Shown here: piece after piece, positions 26,351 to 41,520 of the stretch
Layout: the number at the start of each line of letters is the position of its first letter
How positions within the stretch are numbered: position 1 is the first letter of the stretch
Source of the DNA: Podarcis pityusensis
Lineage: Eukaryota
Strand: one strand, 5' to 3'
Assembly (NCBI GenBank): GCA_964106645.2
Contig: OZ067043.1
Length of the DNA stretch: 64,000 nt
Position numbers and translations under genes: made by a program
Notes under the pieces: generated by a model
What the model saw: only the letters and a program-made list of their open reading frames with translations
What the model was told of the DNA's origin: nothing
Databases searched by the model: none

Positions 26351-29300
26351 GGTTTGCTTACACAGCAATCAAAACCCCTCTTGGGCCTGGCCATGGCGGG
26401 GTTGGATAGAGTGGAGCTACCTTTTGACTCAGCACTGATGCCTGAGCTTAGCCTTCCACTGGAGTAACTGCCCACTGGCAGTGTCTGCACCAGCAGTGGC
26501 TAGTTGAAATCCCCAGAACCTGGGTGTTCCAAGAGCAGGGAGGTTGTAGAGCCGAACTGGCCCAGAATCTGCTGGATCTTGAGCTGGTCTTGCTGCCACC
26601 ACCTGATGGCATCAGGCTCAATCCTCCTCCATACCCCCCCCCATCCATATGTGTGCTGCCACCACTGCGAGCAGCTGGGCTGCCAGAGGGGTGGGGATTT
26701 GGGCTGCACTCATAGATACCTAAAGGACTGCCTCCTCCCATAAGAACCCACCCAGCTTCTATGTTCAGTGAGTTCCTCATGGCCTCTCATCTTCAGAAAT
26801 ACAGCAGGTGGAAACAAAAGAAAAAGCCTTTTCTGCCATGGCACCCACAATGTGGATTGCTGTTCCCTAGGATATTTCACTCACCCTCTTTTTATTTTCC
26901 ACTCTTTTAGATACTTTTCTTGTTCTAGGAAGCCTTCACCATGCTTATTATGAGATTTCGTTTTGCTTCCCCCACCCCACCCCAGAAATTGTTTCTGTAA
27001 TTTTACACATGTTTTTAATGTATATGTTTTATATTTTTAATACATTAGCCATCATGTGTTTCATGAAAAGGTAAAGATGGGTACGAATCTTAAAACAAAT
27101 AAAATAAAAACTGGTCACACAACTGAGTAAAAGAATCTAAACAGATGGGCATATAACTTCAGTTGACATTTTGCTACAGCCAGGCTTCCAGTGTATTACT
27201 CAGAATGCAGGTGAATGCTGTGAACTGAAAATCTGGTCATAACTTCACCCATCCTCTTAAAAAGGGACAGTAAAGGCTCCTACCATTTCTGTTGTACAGT
27301 GTGAATGGGGGAGCGGTGGTAATAACTTCCGAGACAATAGCTGCAAACAAGTACTATATATTCCATTACAGACAGATGGAGTATGGGTACATTCCTCACT
27401 GTGTATGTGTGGGGCCATAATTTCACCTATAACACTGAGAGGGACAGTGGAGTGGCATGCCATTTCTATTATAAAATAAACTCGTCGCCTCATCCCTTAC
27501 CCTCCACCTCCCAGGAAGCAGCAACAATGCAACTGAGGTGAGGTGAGCCCCACCACCTCACCCCACCATGCATATATCTCATTCTCTAACAATTCTCTAT
27601 ATCTCATATCTCTATATCTCATTCTCTAACATCCAGTCGGTGTTATCACTTCGTGGATGTGAAACCAACTGAAATAAGTGAATAAACTTATGCAACAGCT
27701 TTTCTGAATGTACGGGAACTCCCACAGCAGCGGCTGACAACAGGTCTTGGGACACTTCCTTTCAACAAAAAGAAGAGTTTCCCATTTCTCATGTAGCTTT
27801 AGTAAAGCAGCCAGCAATGCTCTGCAAGATCAAAACTTAAAACCCAAACATACTCCCAACCTGTTAATCGCAGCCTTCCTGAAACACTGTGAAAGTCAGA
27901 CCAGAAGATGCTCAAACATTCAACCCACACCCAACACAGCAACATAGAATTCAATGGGAAGCAGCAAATACAAATCGGTCAACAAGTTTGGCTGCTATGG
28001 AATCTTTTGTCTGTGTAACCTCTTGTGGACAAAGGATTAGAAGATTAGAAACCTTTGTTCAATTTCAGTTCAGTGATATTTCATTGCCATTACAATATAC
28101 AAAACTTTTGGCAAAGGGTATTAGAAGGACTTGCTCTCTGAAGTGTTTGTCAGAAAGTACAAGTTACAGAGCAATCCTATGCATATTTACTCAGAAGTAA
28201 GTTCTACTCAGTTCAGTGGGGCTTAGTCCTAGGGAGGTATAGGATGTCAGCCTTAATGTACAATTAACTTACAGAAACCATTTTCACAAGATATGATTGT
28301 GGCTACAACTGTAGATGTTTTTTAAAAACCAAAATCAAGAGCTGGAAAAATTCATTGGGAATAGGAGCTATACAGTGCCTTTTAGAAAAATAACTAAAAA
28401 TAGAGGCTCCCATGTTTAGAGGCAGCAAGCTTCCAATTATCAGATGCTGGGGGCATAGAACAGGGGATGGCTATAGTTGCCTATGGCTGTTTTAAGTAAA
28501 CTGTACTTAACTACTGGCTCTTTATTGGAAAACTCCCACTAAGAAATAGCCCTATTAAAGCAAAAATCCAAAGAACTACAGTATGTTTGTATATTCAGTT
28601 AGTTTTAGAAGATATAGTCCCATTGATTTAAATGGGTCTATTCTAAACAGGACTGAGCCTGGATCCAATCCTATACTGTTGACAATATATGGAGCATCTT
28701 AGGAGGATTAAATATGCTGAGTCGAAATTGTATATATGGAGATTAGATAATGCACATATGTGCAACTATATTCAGTCAAGCTTCTTAGAAGGTGAGTTAG
28801 AAGTGAGCATAGCCCAAAGGTGAAACCTTTTATTAGACCAACTTTTGTGCGGTAAAGAAACATGCAACCACTGGAAATAATACAACACTCTTCTCAGGCA
28901 GATGAAGGTTTTAGCATGATTTGAAGGGCAGCTTGCTAAACCAATAGAAACAGATCTAAATACCTTATTTATTTTTACATGTTTTAACTTCTCTGGGAGA
29001 AACCTGGCAGGGGAAGTTTATGCCAAAAGAAGTCAAGACAGATCTATATATCTTAAAACATATTCCACTCATATATCAGACCATTAGAAACCATGATTAG
29101 CTTGAAGTTGTTCAATACGCCCAGTGTGCTTCCCCCCCCCCCTTAATCCCAAAGAATTATTTTGCTTTAATCAGGAAGGAAAGCTTCCCTTTTTTTCTGT
29201 TCCAGGTCTCCCATGTGAAAGTAGTAACTTCAAGCTACCAGTGTTTTCAGATAACTTCAAAATTTGAAGTTCAAAGAAAAAGAATGCGTGCGTTCAATGC

Positions 29301-29685
29301 TGGGGTGTGTGTTCTATCCTGGGGGATGGAGAGACCAACATTAATGGAAACTACTATTCCAGTGCAGTCCATTTATTATCCAAATCAATGTAACTGCAGG
29401 GATAGGAGGATATGTATTTGCTTATAAAAAGCATGTCAAAGGAAGGAGAGGTACCAAGGATGCTGGCTTTCTGCACTTAAATACACCTTGAGCATGCAAC
29501 ATCAGAAAACGCAGGCATCCCCTCTCCCATTTCCCCCAAAAGGAAGATGTCTATGACAAAGGTGTCTCTCATTAAATGTAAATGAACTGTGAAAAAGACT
29601 ACAAATTGAAATTGGAGACAATAGCTGTACCTGTCCCTCTTTGTCTGTCTGTTTTGTAACACAAAAAACTTAAAAAAAACTAATT

Positions 29686-29724
<39 letters not shown>

Positions 29725-29726
29725 AA
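29686..29726. repeat. (AGAA)n microsatellite
   Basis: Direct inspection. Confidence 0.9.
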
Positions 29727-30609
29727 ACTCAGGCATAGTGGTGCTGGAACATCTGGTTCTTCAGCACTGGCGAATACTCCATTCTCTACCATCACCATCA
29801 AACAGAGGTGAACAAGAACTGAGACGAGAGCATGATTAGAATCAATAATTGTGCACTAAAATCCCCACATTCTGCAAGCAACATGCCACAGTTTCTCAAT
29901 TAAAATAAAGTTTGCATAAACCTATGTGAACAGAGTCCGAACTTGGCTGGAAAATATTTTTTAAGGTTTTTGCAAAACTTGGATTTTTATCTTAAATTAT
30001 TTATGGTAAATAAGTGTTGGGATTCAGACAAAAGTGAAGAGGAAGAGAGAATATATGCAGGAGTTTGTTGTGGGGTGTAGCTGTAAGGAGTATGATAAGT
30101 TAGGCTTATTATTGTCTTGACCTTTGGAATCCTTAAACACTAATGTTCTCATCTGAATGTTCTGTATTCTGTGCTTTTTAAAATATGGACCATGTGTTTT
30201 CATTTTTTTCTCTGCAATCATGCAAGCTGAAAAGCCATTACTGAAAAGTAACACCACCAGCATGGCAGCAGGTAACTATCAGAGGAAAACCTGCCAGTAA
30301 GAAAAAAATAAATAAATTCTAACAAAGTTTCTAATATTTAAAAGTCAAGATGTATGGAAATCCCGGTATATTTCAAACCATAGACTCCTTATTATTAGCA
30401 ATTCAAATATGGTGGTCATCTTCCCTGAACACCATTTTTAAAAAAATAACAGTGCAATCATATGCATGCTTACGCAAAAGTCAATCCAATTCTTTTCAGT
30501 GGAGCTTATTTTCCAGTAAGTGTGCTTTGGTCACGTTCTTAAGCAAGCTAGGATTCTTGGGATTTTAGCTATTGTGTCCCATGTTAAATGTTTATTCTTT
30601 GTTCTATGG

Positions 30610-30745
30610 CAGGCATAGCCAAACTTGGCCCTCCAGATGTTTTGAGACTACAATTCCCATCATCCCTGACCACTGGTCCTGTTAGCTAGGGATGATGGGA
30701 GTTGTAGTCCCAAAACATCTGGAGGGCCAAGTTTGGCCATGTCTG
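30610..30745. mobile_element. Palindromic hAT-like MITE, best-preserved copy
   Basis: Long near-perfect inverted arms (CAGGCATAGCCAAACTTGGCCCTCCAGATGTTTT...), with TCTATGG repeated on both flanks. Confidence 0.85.
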
Positions 30746-30947
30746 TCTATGGCATGACAACAGCCAAGCATATTTGCAGAACTCCCAAGGACTAGAATGC
30801 AAGTGTGATGAAGGTACTTTGGTGGGACACTGACCAACAGTACAGATAGATAAGCGGCAACTCGGAGTCTAGGCAATCTTATGGCACATCACATATAATG
30901 CTTCAAGCAACTCTCTCTGAATTTCCACTCAGTTGATGCAGATCAGG

Positions 30948-30950
<3 letters not shown>

Positions 30951-30985
<35 letters not shown>
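30951..30985. repeat. (AG)n microsatellite
   Basis: Direct inspection. Confidence 0.9.
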
Positions 30986-30990
<5 letters not shown>

Positions 30991-33900
30991 CACAAATATT
31001 CTATCAAGCAGAGCACCCCTTAGAAGCCCATTGAAAAGAGTGGTGTAATGCTTCAATATGTGTGTCAGGTCATGCTGGAGGGGTTGAGGGACTGGAGTGA
31101 CAGAAGCCTTTGCCTGAGTAGACAGACAACTTGTTGCAGTTGAGCCTCATCTACCCTTGATTACACTGTGAATATCAGCAACAGGGCTGGCGTGCCAGGT
31201 ACATATAACACCTCAGGATATGAAAGGTGCATTTCAAAAGGATGGGACTGGGTCCTATCTAGCTGCCTCATTCACAGGTGGCAGCTCTTGTCTCTGTCAT
31301 GGGTGTGGGGGGAGAACATGGGGCAAGGAAGTGGGTAAGGAGGGAAAGAAAGAGGCCTGTGCCAGACACATACATCCTCAGGCGACTTTCTCAGGCCCCG
31401 CTGACAGCCCGGCCTCAATTCTCCAGGGCTGCTCAGGCAGAAAATCCTCACCAACCCCCCTCCTTCTGCTCCCCCCTTATTATTCCAGCCAGAGGAGCTT
31501 CCGCAGCCTAGTAAAGGCTCAGCACCCACAGCGGGGGTGGTTTGGCCAGAGGCCGGCAGGCATGAACCAGGCTTAAATCTCTTGAAACCCAGAAGTAAAA
31601 TTCCCTCATTAGGCTTGAACCCCGCAGCTAAGTGGAAGACAACCGCCCGGGTCATCACTGCAATATATGCCACGGACGCCCCTGCCCTCTTTACCCGCCC
31701 CGTCTGCCTAAAAATCCCCCAGCAGATGCTGCAAGCCCCCAGGCAGCCAGGGAATCTGCCCAAGAGTCAGGAGGCGCTGGCAGGGGTTGCTGTGCAAACA
31801 AAGGCAATGGCAAATCCAAGGACAAAACATAATGTCCTTAAAAACGAGCAAGTGAGAGAGTGTCTGGCACTGACTTCTGCTGGGGGAAATGCCACCCCCT
31901 CAATGGGAGAAAACACACACACACACACACACACACCCATCAGGCAGTGTCAGGGCAGCAAATGGGATTTGTGAATGGATCCCCATTCCAGTGAAAAAGG
32001 CAAGCTGCCTCAAGAGCTCAGCATCCTCTCTCTCACTCTACTTAGTACCCTCTCCAGGATTCACTGTGTCTCCTGACATCTCCCTGGGAATCAGGGTTCC
32101 CAGCCGAATTAAAGGTACTGCAGTCCGCTACACACTATTGCAGATCCCCCTTTACTACCACACTAGCCATCCCCCTTTACTATCTGGGCCCCAATCCCAC
32201 TGCAGGCAGCCTGGAGGGATGCTGTAGCTGGCTGGAGCCCAGGTCTTGTCCATCCGGACTCAGGAAGCAGCAGGACAGAGCTGTTTTTCTCAGGTCCAAG
32301 TCCTGCCCACATCCTGGTGTTTGCAAGCTGTACTATGATGGCCCCATTTGCAGAACTTGTGGAGGGGGAGCAGGATCCAAGTGATCTAAAAATGTCCTGC
32401 TGGCACATTTGCCCTCACCCCTGCATTGGACTCCCAAAATGTTGATACTGCCTTTCCCTGAGGCACTTGAAAGCATTTCCCAGCCTGCAGCAACCCCTCT
32501 GAGGTAGGAATTCCATACAGCATCAGGATTCCCACCCCAAACCCCCTTGATCAGAAAGAACCGAAACAAAATTCTCCAGAAGTTGGCTCCACAGCACAGC
32601 ACTGAGAGCTAGAGTTAACACCTGACACATAACCGTTCCCTGTCTTACCATCTCTGCCTCTTTTCTGTAATTGCTGGGTGCTTCCACACAGCCTGCTCAC
32701 TGAACATTTATCCTGATGCTTGTAGGGCGATCAGACAACATTGGTTATTTAATGAGCGCCCATTCTGATTTATTTTCTTTGCATTTTCTCATATTTCATT
32801 ATCAGAAAAAGTCCAATCTTTCCGGGGAGTGTGGAAACTATACCGTAAGTCACAAAGCAATGGGTACTTTTTAAGTTTAGAAAGAAAGAAAGAAAGAGGC
32901 TACAATCCTGTTCCTCATTTTTTCTTACACATTGTATAGAACTCTGGGTTTGAGGCAAGCACTGCTGCCATCCCCGGAAAGTAAAAACAAGGCCAGTCCA
33001 GGACTAAGAGTCACATACTCAGAAGGGCTGGAGTCAGAGTGCCAATACCAAGGAAATTTGAGGAGAATCATCCACACCAGTTTTGGGGAGCATTATATAC
33101 ACATACAGAACTATGAACACACAGTTCTTCAATGGCTGAACAGACCTAGATGCTTCTCAGTGGCCTGTCTTCCTCCTCCTCCCTGTTTTAAAATGAATGG
33201 TTCCTTCTTTCACCTAGTCCTAGAGCGTTAGAAGCAGGAAATACACTGTCCCATTGACAGAAATATTATGTACCCACAGATTTCCTAGTAGCTGACTGAC
33301 CTGGGCAGAGGCCAGATGGAGAAACCCCATTGCACCACAGATACCTGTAAACCTGGCTCTTGAAACACTGATCAATTCCACAAAATAGATGCTAGCACTA
33401 TGGGTGAATGACATCGCTGGCCCATGCAATCATCTCACTTGTGGCTTTGTGCCCAGCTTGCTCCATCTCCCCAACCGGCTGAAAAACTGTAATTTTCCAC
33501 AACGTCAGACTGATCCACACAATGTCACTTTGGGTAAGAGGTAAATAGACCAAAGTTGGCACCTCTGGGCATACCTGGGCATTTGATCCGTCCAAACATC
33601 AGAACCCCAGGCACTGCTGGCTGATGCTGGCAGCAAAGAGTGCCAGATGAATGGAAAGGACCATCCAAGGCTAATTACTACTAGCACTTCTGGATCTCAC
33701 TGTGTGTCAACAACACTTCCCAGTCTCTACTGCCTTTATGTTAATCCACAGCCAATATAGAGCAAAGGGACTGGGCAGCTGCATAGGTGGCATTTTGCAA
33801 AGATTCAGTCCAAAAGAGCCCCAGTTATTGATAGAGCCAATTTCATGACACACGTAAACATGCAGCAAGATGGGGAACAAGACTTGGCTACTGTGGCTCC

Positions 33901-36099
33901 AGAAAGAAGCAAGTGGCCCAAAACTATTCCCCCACCCACAACTGCATAATTGTCTTGCTCTGCACTACCTATCAGAAATAGGCATTATGACAATAGTTGA
34001 ATGCTGTGCGATAAGAAAGTTATGTTTTGTGACAGACAATCCTTGAAAAAGCCAGGAAATATTCTCTTCTGGGGGCAAATCCTATGCAAGTCCGCCAATG
34101 CTCATCAGATGAAAGAGAACTACCCAAGAGGACAAACTGGGGGATAAGAGAACAGGACACAAAGAGGTGAGAGAGGTGACCAAAAGGGTTTTTATGTGCT
34201 ATTGACACCACAACCACCCCTTGTTTGTCTCTTCTTGGAAATACTTGTGGTTCCCAGACTGGGACATCCTGTGCCAAGGTCATGTTTATTTGGTATTTTG
34301 GGGAATGTGGACATTAGCAAATCAAGCCCCATCAAAAAGAAGTGTCAGAGAGAGCTGTCCCATTCTTTCCCTGGACCTCAAAGAGAAGCTGTAGGCTCTG
34401 AGATACTATTACTGTCTTGGGATAGGCGATTAGTGGGTGATGGGTTTATGCTGCTATTTCAATTATGTCTAGGCAGCTCAATGAGGGGATTAGCTTCTTC
34501 TCTGTGGCCAGAAAGCTCCGAGTGCCTGCTCCAGTGACCTAGAGACACTACACGAACTGCATGAGAGCAAGCAGGAAACTTCAACGCCAGGTGATTGGGT
34601 GGGGTGAAATGCAGGGGCATTTCTGATTCACCTTCCCATCATAGAGTTGGAAGGGATCCCAAGGATCACCTACTAGTCCAACCCCTTCCCTTGTCCTAGT
34701 AGCCTCTGCAAACATCCTCTTTCCCATTTGACAACATTGACTCCCAGAATTGGTTAAAGATTGACTCGGAATATATGTCGTACTCCGAAGCTATGCTGGA
34801 CTCTCCCCGCCGCACACCCTCTTTTCCCCACCCCAGGGCACAAAACAACATTGACAAAGGACTCCAGAAACAAAAGTGGCAGCCAGAGCATTGAGCAACA
34901 GTATAAAAGTTGTGTCAAGGGAAGAAGGCAAGGATATGCAAGTCATTATATACCATTTCACACAAAGAGCACTGCAATATAGCAGAAGAGGAGCAGTGCT
35001 CTTAGTGCCTGTGCATGTGAAAGCATGTGCACACATTTGCAGGCCTGCTGGGATGCTTTCTAACACCAAGTGCTGAACCTGGGCAGCAAAGGGTATGTGC
35101 ACAGTCCAAAATGTCCTGCAACCAGGCAAATATGGGAATCTGAGTAGTTTTCGCACATACCCTTTGCTGTCTAGGTTCAACCAATCTGAACTGCACTTGG
35201 GCAGGTGGTTCACCCGTTTATCATCTCCTTTCATTTTGATTAATGCTGGCTGGCCTGACTTGGTTTCTAATCAGCAGAATCACATTCAGTTGAATGGAGA
35301 TGACCCAATGGGCACAGCCCTTTACACGTGTGTTTGTGTGCATGAAAATATGTCTGTGCATGCACTGATGTATTATTATTTATTACATGTGTATCTTGAC
35401 GTTCCTCCAAAAAGAGCCAGCAGGTCAGCGAGCAGAGCAGCAATAGCACAATTAAAACATCTAAAAACAATTCCAATACACATGCAGACATGTGGATTGA
35501 AAAAGCTATGGGAGGAAATAGTGTGTGTGGGTCACAGATCATACAGTGCTGTGCTGTATGCACGAATGCCAGGGTCTGAGTGCTCTGTGCTTGCAAAACG
35601 ATGTTTTATGCAGGAAAAATATAAAGCAGCACATGAGAGGAAATGTGTAAAGGAATGCATGGACGTGCCTGTGAAACGCTGTAGTAGAGAAGACCTGCAA
35701 TCTCTATGGATGGAATGCAAGGGACTTTGGTGTCTGTGTGTTGCAGCTATCCAAACTCCCCTTCCCCCACATGTTCCAGGCCTGAAACTGGCACGGTGCC
35801 CCCTGGCTGGGGTGCAGGCTATTTCAGGCGTCTCCTGGGAGCCTCGCTCTCAGTAAATGTAGAAATCCAAAACACAAACAACGCAGCCGTGTGGATGGGG
35901 GCTAACATTTCCCACCTGCTGAACTCTACATGTTTCCCTGGTAATGTTGGATGATGGGGAGGAGGCGGCTTTAAGGGAAGCAGCATCACTCCACCTATGA
36001 GAGAAGCAAAGAGCCTAGCTCTGGTAAAAGACACCTGCGGAAGGCACATCCTGCCTTCCACTTCCCAGGCTATTTGGGGGAAGAGGAAATGGACAGGTG

Positions 36100-36205
36100 C
36101 ATGAGGACTTCTCGGTAGTTGTGCCCGCCCTGTGGAATGCCCTCCCATCATATGTCAAAGAGATAAACAGTTATATGACTTTTCATAGATATCTGAGGGC
36201 AGCCA
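36100..36205 (+). mobile_element. L2 LINE 3' fragment
   Basis: CTTCTCGGTAGTTGTGCCCGCCCTGTGGAATGCCCTCCC corresponds to the L2 FS...P.LWNALP motif. Confidence 0.6.
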
Positions 36206-36802
36206 AGTGTGCTTTCTTAGTTTGGGGAATTCCCAGACTCTACATCCACTGCCCTTCTGCTTAAGATTGTTGTGATGCATCTGCATCTAACACCTTTTTA
36301 TACTGATAGCTGTAAAATATAGGGCTGCGATTTCCTGCACTTGACACATCTGAGGAACTGCCTGCGGGCTATATTATTTATGAAAACCTGGCTACACTGG
36401 AAAGCTTTATTGTATCTAATTCTGGCTTAAATGTGCTTTAGCAACTGATAAATAATATAAATTGATACTGTGCTTTAATGATTTATACCGCCTATTCTGA
36501 AATGAATGTACTATGTTATAACAGTACAGTATTAATGAAACAGACTCCTTTGTGGAGATTGCTGTATTATGATTTGAAACGAATTGGTACTGAGCTGTTT
36601 ACGCTAATGCTGCTTTGCTGCGTTCTCATGTAGTGCATCGCTTTGGGCACATCTGTGCAGAAAAGCAGCAAACAAATTAAGTAACAATTCCTCACCATCA
36701 CACCCCCCCCCCAGACCACCGAGACCCATGGATCCCTCTCCCCTGCATTCCAAGGGGGCAGAATATGCCAACTCAAACCTGACGTATTCCCCGCAAACTC
36801 AC

Positions 36803-36832
36803 CAGCAACCCCTCACTGCATTTTTCTGCCAT
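36803..36832 (-). CDS. SLC6A9: SLC6A9 first coding segment (exon 2), MAEKCSEGLL, equivalent to the 10-aa GlyT1a N-terminus; the 5'UTR part of the exon extends to 36948 or 36897
   Basis: CCAACC-ATG-G strong Kozak, then exactly 10 codons and CTG|GTGAGT, a phase-0 donor joining NGAVP. Same length and similar pattern to mammalian GlyT1a MVGKGAKGML. Two acceptors have branch-point matches: ttttattctccacag| (36948) and ctctctgtgtag| (36897). Confidence 0.85.
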
Positions 36833-37014
36833 GGTTGGGGGCCGTGATGTGAGCGCCCAGCTGCCCACTGTCCGTCTTGATGGCTAGGCTTCCCAGGCTA
36901 CACAGAGAGCTCAGACAGAAGCGCAAATTAGACCAAAGAGACAGGAAGCTGTGGAGAATAAAACGGGCTTTGGTTAGAGAAAATGAAACAAGAGAAGACT
37001 CCTGTCCTCTAAAT

Positions 37015-37428
37015 TAGGGGTGACAAAACTTTTTTGGGGGGGGTTCAAGGGCCGCATTCACTCCTGGCCAGTCCTGCAGGGGCCACATACTAATGGTGGG
37101 TGTGGCCTAAAGTTATTGCAGTCACCTCAAATTTGCACACACACACACAGAGCCCCCTTCTCCAGCAGATCAGTGTGGAAGGAGGGGGTTATTGCTCATC
37201 TCTGCTCATCAAATGATTGATCTGATGACCACAGAATGAGAGATTTGCATCCCCATCAGAGTGCTAAGCAGAGAGCTTGAACCCTCCCTGACCACTCAAG
37301 TTCTGTGTCTACTTTACTTCATCCACACCAGCACTACTTTTTTGCCACTGCCTTCAAAATTAGGGGTGGGGGAGGTGGTTTGGGAAGGTGGCTGGATCAG
37401 GCCTCTGGGCCAGGGGTAGTTACCCCTG
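37015..37428. mobile_element. Non-autonomous hAT element, 414 bp, just upstream of the exon 2 acceptor
   Basis: TAGGGGT... / ...ACCCCTG termini and a perfect 8-bp TSD CTCTAAAT (37007-37014, 37429-37436). Confidence 0.82.
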
Positions 37429-40400
37429 CTCTAAATATTCAATGAGGGGAACACACACACAAACACACGTGACCAAGACTGGTGCATTTGCAAGGACCAT
37501 CTCTTTTTACAGCAAAAATTACGTTGCCGTTTCCCAGTCTACATTCAGCATATGCCCAAAGATGGTAAAATGAGAGCAGGGCTGGGAGAGGATGCAGAGT
37601 TTGGGTTAACAGGCACTTATATCTGCCCCATCATTCCTGGTTCCTTCAGCCCATTGCCATCTCTGAAGCGGGAAGAAGCTGCAAGAATCACACACGTGGC
37701 TGCAAAGAGCGTAGCCAGTGCTCAGGGCAGGAGAAGTCTTCAGGGCACCAAACATGCACAGGGGCACAGCTGCCACTGAGGACACAGATGGGAGGCAATT
37801 GCCTTCCACCCTGGTGCACCTAGTCACGTGCCAGGTCAGCTCTGCCATTGTGCTAGAGACCAGGTGGTACTGCCAAGCAGCGAAAAAGGGACAGCCATGG
37901 TGTCTGTGTGTCTGTCTGTGGCAGGGAAAGGCATCGCCCGAGATAGTTTGTAAGACATCGGCGACAAAAGTGAATTGGTTGTTGGTCATGAAGGGGGCAG
38001 AGCATGAAAGGTTGCCTCTATAAACTGTAGCACATGGGGAACAGGGTGGATGGGGAGAGGACAGGGTGGGTACTTAGAGGGATCTTGCTGGTGGCTGAGC
38101 CTGAGCCAGTGAGATAAGGAGCTGAATGAAGTGTGCAAGCTCTTCTCCACTGTCTCACACAAAGGGGACGCAAATTCCGAGTCATTTTTGTCTCTTCTGC
38201 GATGATTTAACTCCAGATAAGGTGACTTGGAGAAAGCAAACCTGGATTGACTTTTGTTCAGACCCTCAACTCAAATGGCCCAGCTTCATGTTAAATGCCA
38301 GGGGTCAAATACCCCATGGAGACTGAATACCAACCACCCAAAATGCACGCAGCAATTGGTAGTGTTAAAAATTCTTTTTAATGTACTATCACTGCACTTA
38401 GCCGCCACTCCAAGGATGTGGCTACTGTAAGGAAAGGGTTCTGGTAATTCTGTCTTCTCAGCTCCTAGCAGACCTATCTGAGCATCCACTTCTGCCTGTG
38501 CTTTCCAATGGTGGGCCCCAGGTGCCCTCCCCCCCAGGGGGCTGACCTAGCTGCATTAGACATTTCTGGTCACCAGGGAGGAAACATCACCTCATTCTCT
38601 TCACCTGGTCTCCAGCTAGGGGAATGTGCACATGTAAGCATGAACACCAGAGTCCTGGTCTTCTCTTTACTTCCATAATATACTTGGCTCTGAGTACCAG
38701 GGTAAACTGGCGCTGAAAGCAGAACTCGGCAACAAGAAAGTAGACACAGACTGTCATTCAGTCTCTCTAAATTATTGAATTAAAATTCAGAACCCAAATT
38801 CGGGAACACTAACGACTAAATAAAAAACATCAGGACCACAGGATCCGTGATCAAATATAAATTATGAAAACCAATATAATCAAGCAAATTAAGCAGCTTG
38901 GGTTTTTGCAAACGTAGAACAGGGCAAAAGAGAGAGGTGTTTATAAATAACATGGTGGACTCACTAGTTTGGTTGAAATGCAGCGAGCCATGGGGTTGGG
39001 TGGGGGGACAGCGCTTCATTTCAGCTTCAGGACAAGGCTAGATCCTTTTGCTTGACATTCTATGGATGCTAATTGTATTCAGCAAGCAATAAAGCTGAAC
39101 AAATTGTGCTTCACTTCCTGTGAACAGGACTGTGAACACAAAACTGGGCCCTGGATATCTTATTGTGAGACAACCACTAAACAGCTGGCACATTCACTAC
39201 AGAAAAACAGGAGGTGGTCACTGCCACTTTTTTTTTCAATTCTCCAGGGCAGAGGTGGCAACCTCAATACTACAGGACACGTTTGGTTCCTGGACACTTG
39301 AAACACTGAATAGTTAAAGACAGTGAACTGGAACAGATGCGTCATGAGTATGAGCACACAGACTTGCCTCTCATCCCATTTCTTCCATCAACTATTTTCT
39401 CATGGATTAGTTAAAATATATTCATTTTTTATTTTTATTAATTAAATTTCACACCACCCTTCATCCAAAGATCACAGGATTGTTTACAATATAAAAACAC
39501 AAAAATATATAACATAATGACATAAACAGTAACACCCCCCACCCCACCCCCCATTTAAAAGGCTTTAATTAGCCAAAGGCCTGAAAGAAGAGAAATGTTT
39601 TTTGCCTGGCACCCAAAAATATGCCATTCTTTGGAGACATGATTATATTCATACTTAATATTGTATATTTTTCAAAGCACTTTACACACACTGTCAGTTG
39701 CCCTTACAACAGCCATCTAGGGTACTCTGTATTATTAGCCCTGTACTGCAGACTGGAGAAAAATATGTCTCATCCAACATCCTCTACCAAATCCATGGCA
39801 GAGGGGATATTTAACAAGGGACTTCCTGGTTCAAAGCTTAGTCATTTAGTTACTACACTGTGCTGTGTTGGGAGCTGGTCAGTGAAATCCCTGCCCTGGA
39901 ACTTGTGTAGAAATGAATTCTCTCTACCACAAGAATAAGTTTCAAAGCTTTACTGCAGAACCATCTTAAACACTAGTTAAAATAAGATAAACATTGCAAA
40001 ATAACAAAAGTAATACATTGGAAATGGGTCCGGTCCTTTATGCAGTTCAGTAAACTTTTCTCTCTCTGAACCCAGAGAGAGATCCTAAGCTTGTTCATCA
40101 TTGCAGAGCTTCTTTACAGCCACTGCTGCTCCTGCCAGCTATCTCCCAGAAGCACATGCTGGCTTCTTAAGTTCCAACTTCCTGCTGTGAGAGCTCTGCA
40201 GCTCTCCTGTGATGAATCACCAGGTAGTTTACCTTATTGAATGAAAAAGTATCAGTCTTCTTATAGGGCGGCTTCCCATACATTTTTGTACCAGTGGTCT
40301 ATGTTCACTTCTTATGGGTCCTTCCAGTGTCTAGTTACAATATTTCTAGCTGCTGAGAGTAAGTGACTTAAGCTTAAAGCAGCATGCGGGCAAGCAAAGG

Positions 40401-41520
40401 AGGACACCTTCACCCCGGTGTAGCTCTTTTTTATCACATATAAAGCACAACAAGACAACGACCTATCCCACCCCAACAGCATACAAACTACTATGGCTAA
40501 TCTGACCCAACAACACCTCCCCCCCCCACAGCTCACAGATACAAACAAACCACACTGAAACCAAGCAAGCTTTGAAGCCTCTAATCTCTCGCAATGCCAA
40601 TACAAATAAATATATAAATAAAGGACCTACACACATGATGCTGACACAAAAACCTTGTGCAAACACTATGCAACAGAATGGAAGATCGCTATCCCCCCAT
40701 CTCTCTCCCTCCCTCTCTTTCCCCCTAACCACACACAGTGTCTATGACAATAGTGTCTCATACCAAATGTAAATGAAATGTGAAAAAGACTCTATGAATC
40801 GAAAGCAGAGACTTTCCTTGTTCATTTGTTTGTATTCCAACACAAGACAATCTTTAACAAGAACCAATTTAAAAATATCAGCCTTCTCTGACACTTTTGC
40901 TGGAGTGAAACTTCTTGCCTAAGGTAAACTTCCCTTTACGTCATTTTAAATACAATGCATTCAAACACAGCATGTGATGTACGTTAAACATATAACTATA
41001 ACATGCTGGCTGCAATGAGGTGGGGTTTCACTTTGTATTAGAGACTGGCAGCATTAAACGAAGGAGTGATCATTACTCCAGCTGAATGCAAATGATAAGG
41101 GTGTGATCTTGTGCGCTGGGAAAGGGAACATTAAAAAAATGGTGCACTGCAATCTCTAGGCCTCCAGGTAGTGAGCTTCTGAAGAACACAGGGAGGGAAC
41201 AACTGCCAAGTGAAGAAGAGGAGAGAGAGGTAGCAGTGGCAGGACACAAGGCCAGCTATACTGTTAGGCAGAGAGAGGGGTTCACCACAGGTGGCAGATT
41301 TAGGTTGTGGGGAGCAGCAAGGTTGGACAGCAGTTCTGTGTGTGCCACACAGCCCACACCAGACCTCTTAAACTACTACCTCCAGGCAGAGTGGAGGATG
41401 CTAACATGTCACCAGTCTGGTTAATTTTAGATAGAGGTGGCACTGAGTCTCTCATGTTCTTCAACTTAAGCAGCAAAATGTTTTGGGCTAGCCCTTGTTT
41501 GATGTTTGAATTTGCTGGCA

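Noticed and set aside
35095-35856. 253-aa plus-strand ORF
   Set aside because: Runs through TG-rich low-complexity intron sequence antisense to SLC6A9, with no homology or splice support.
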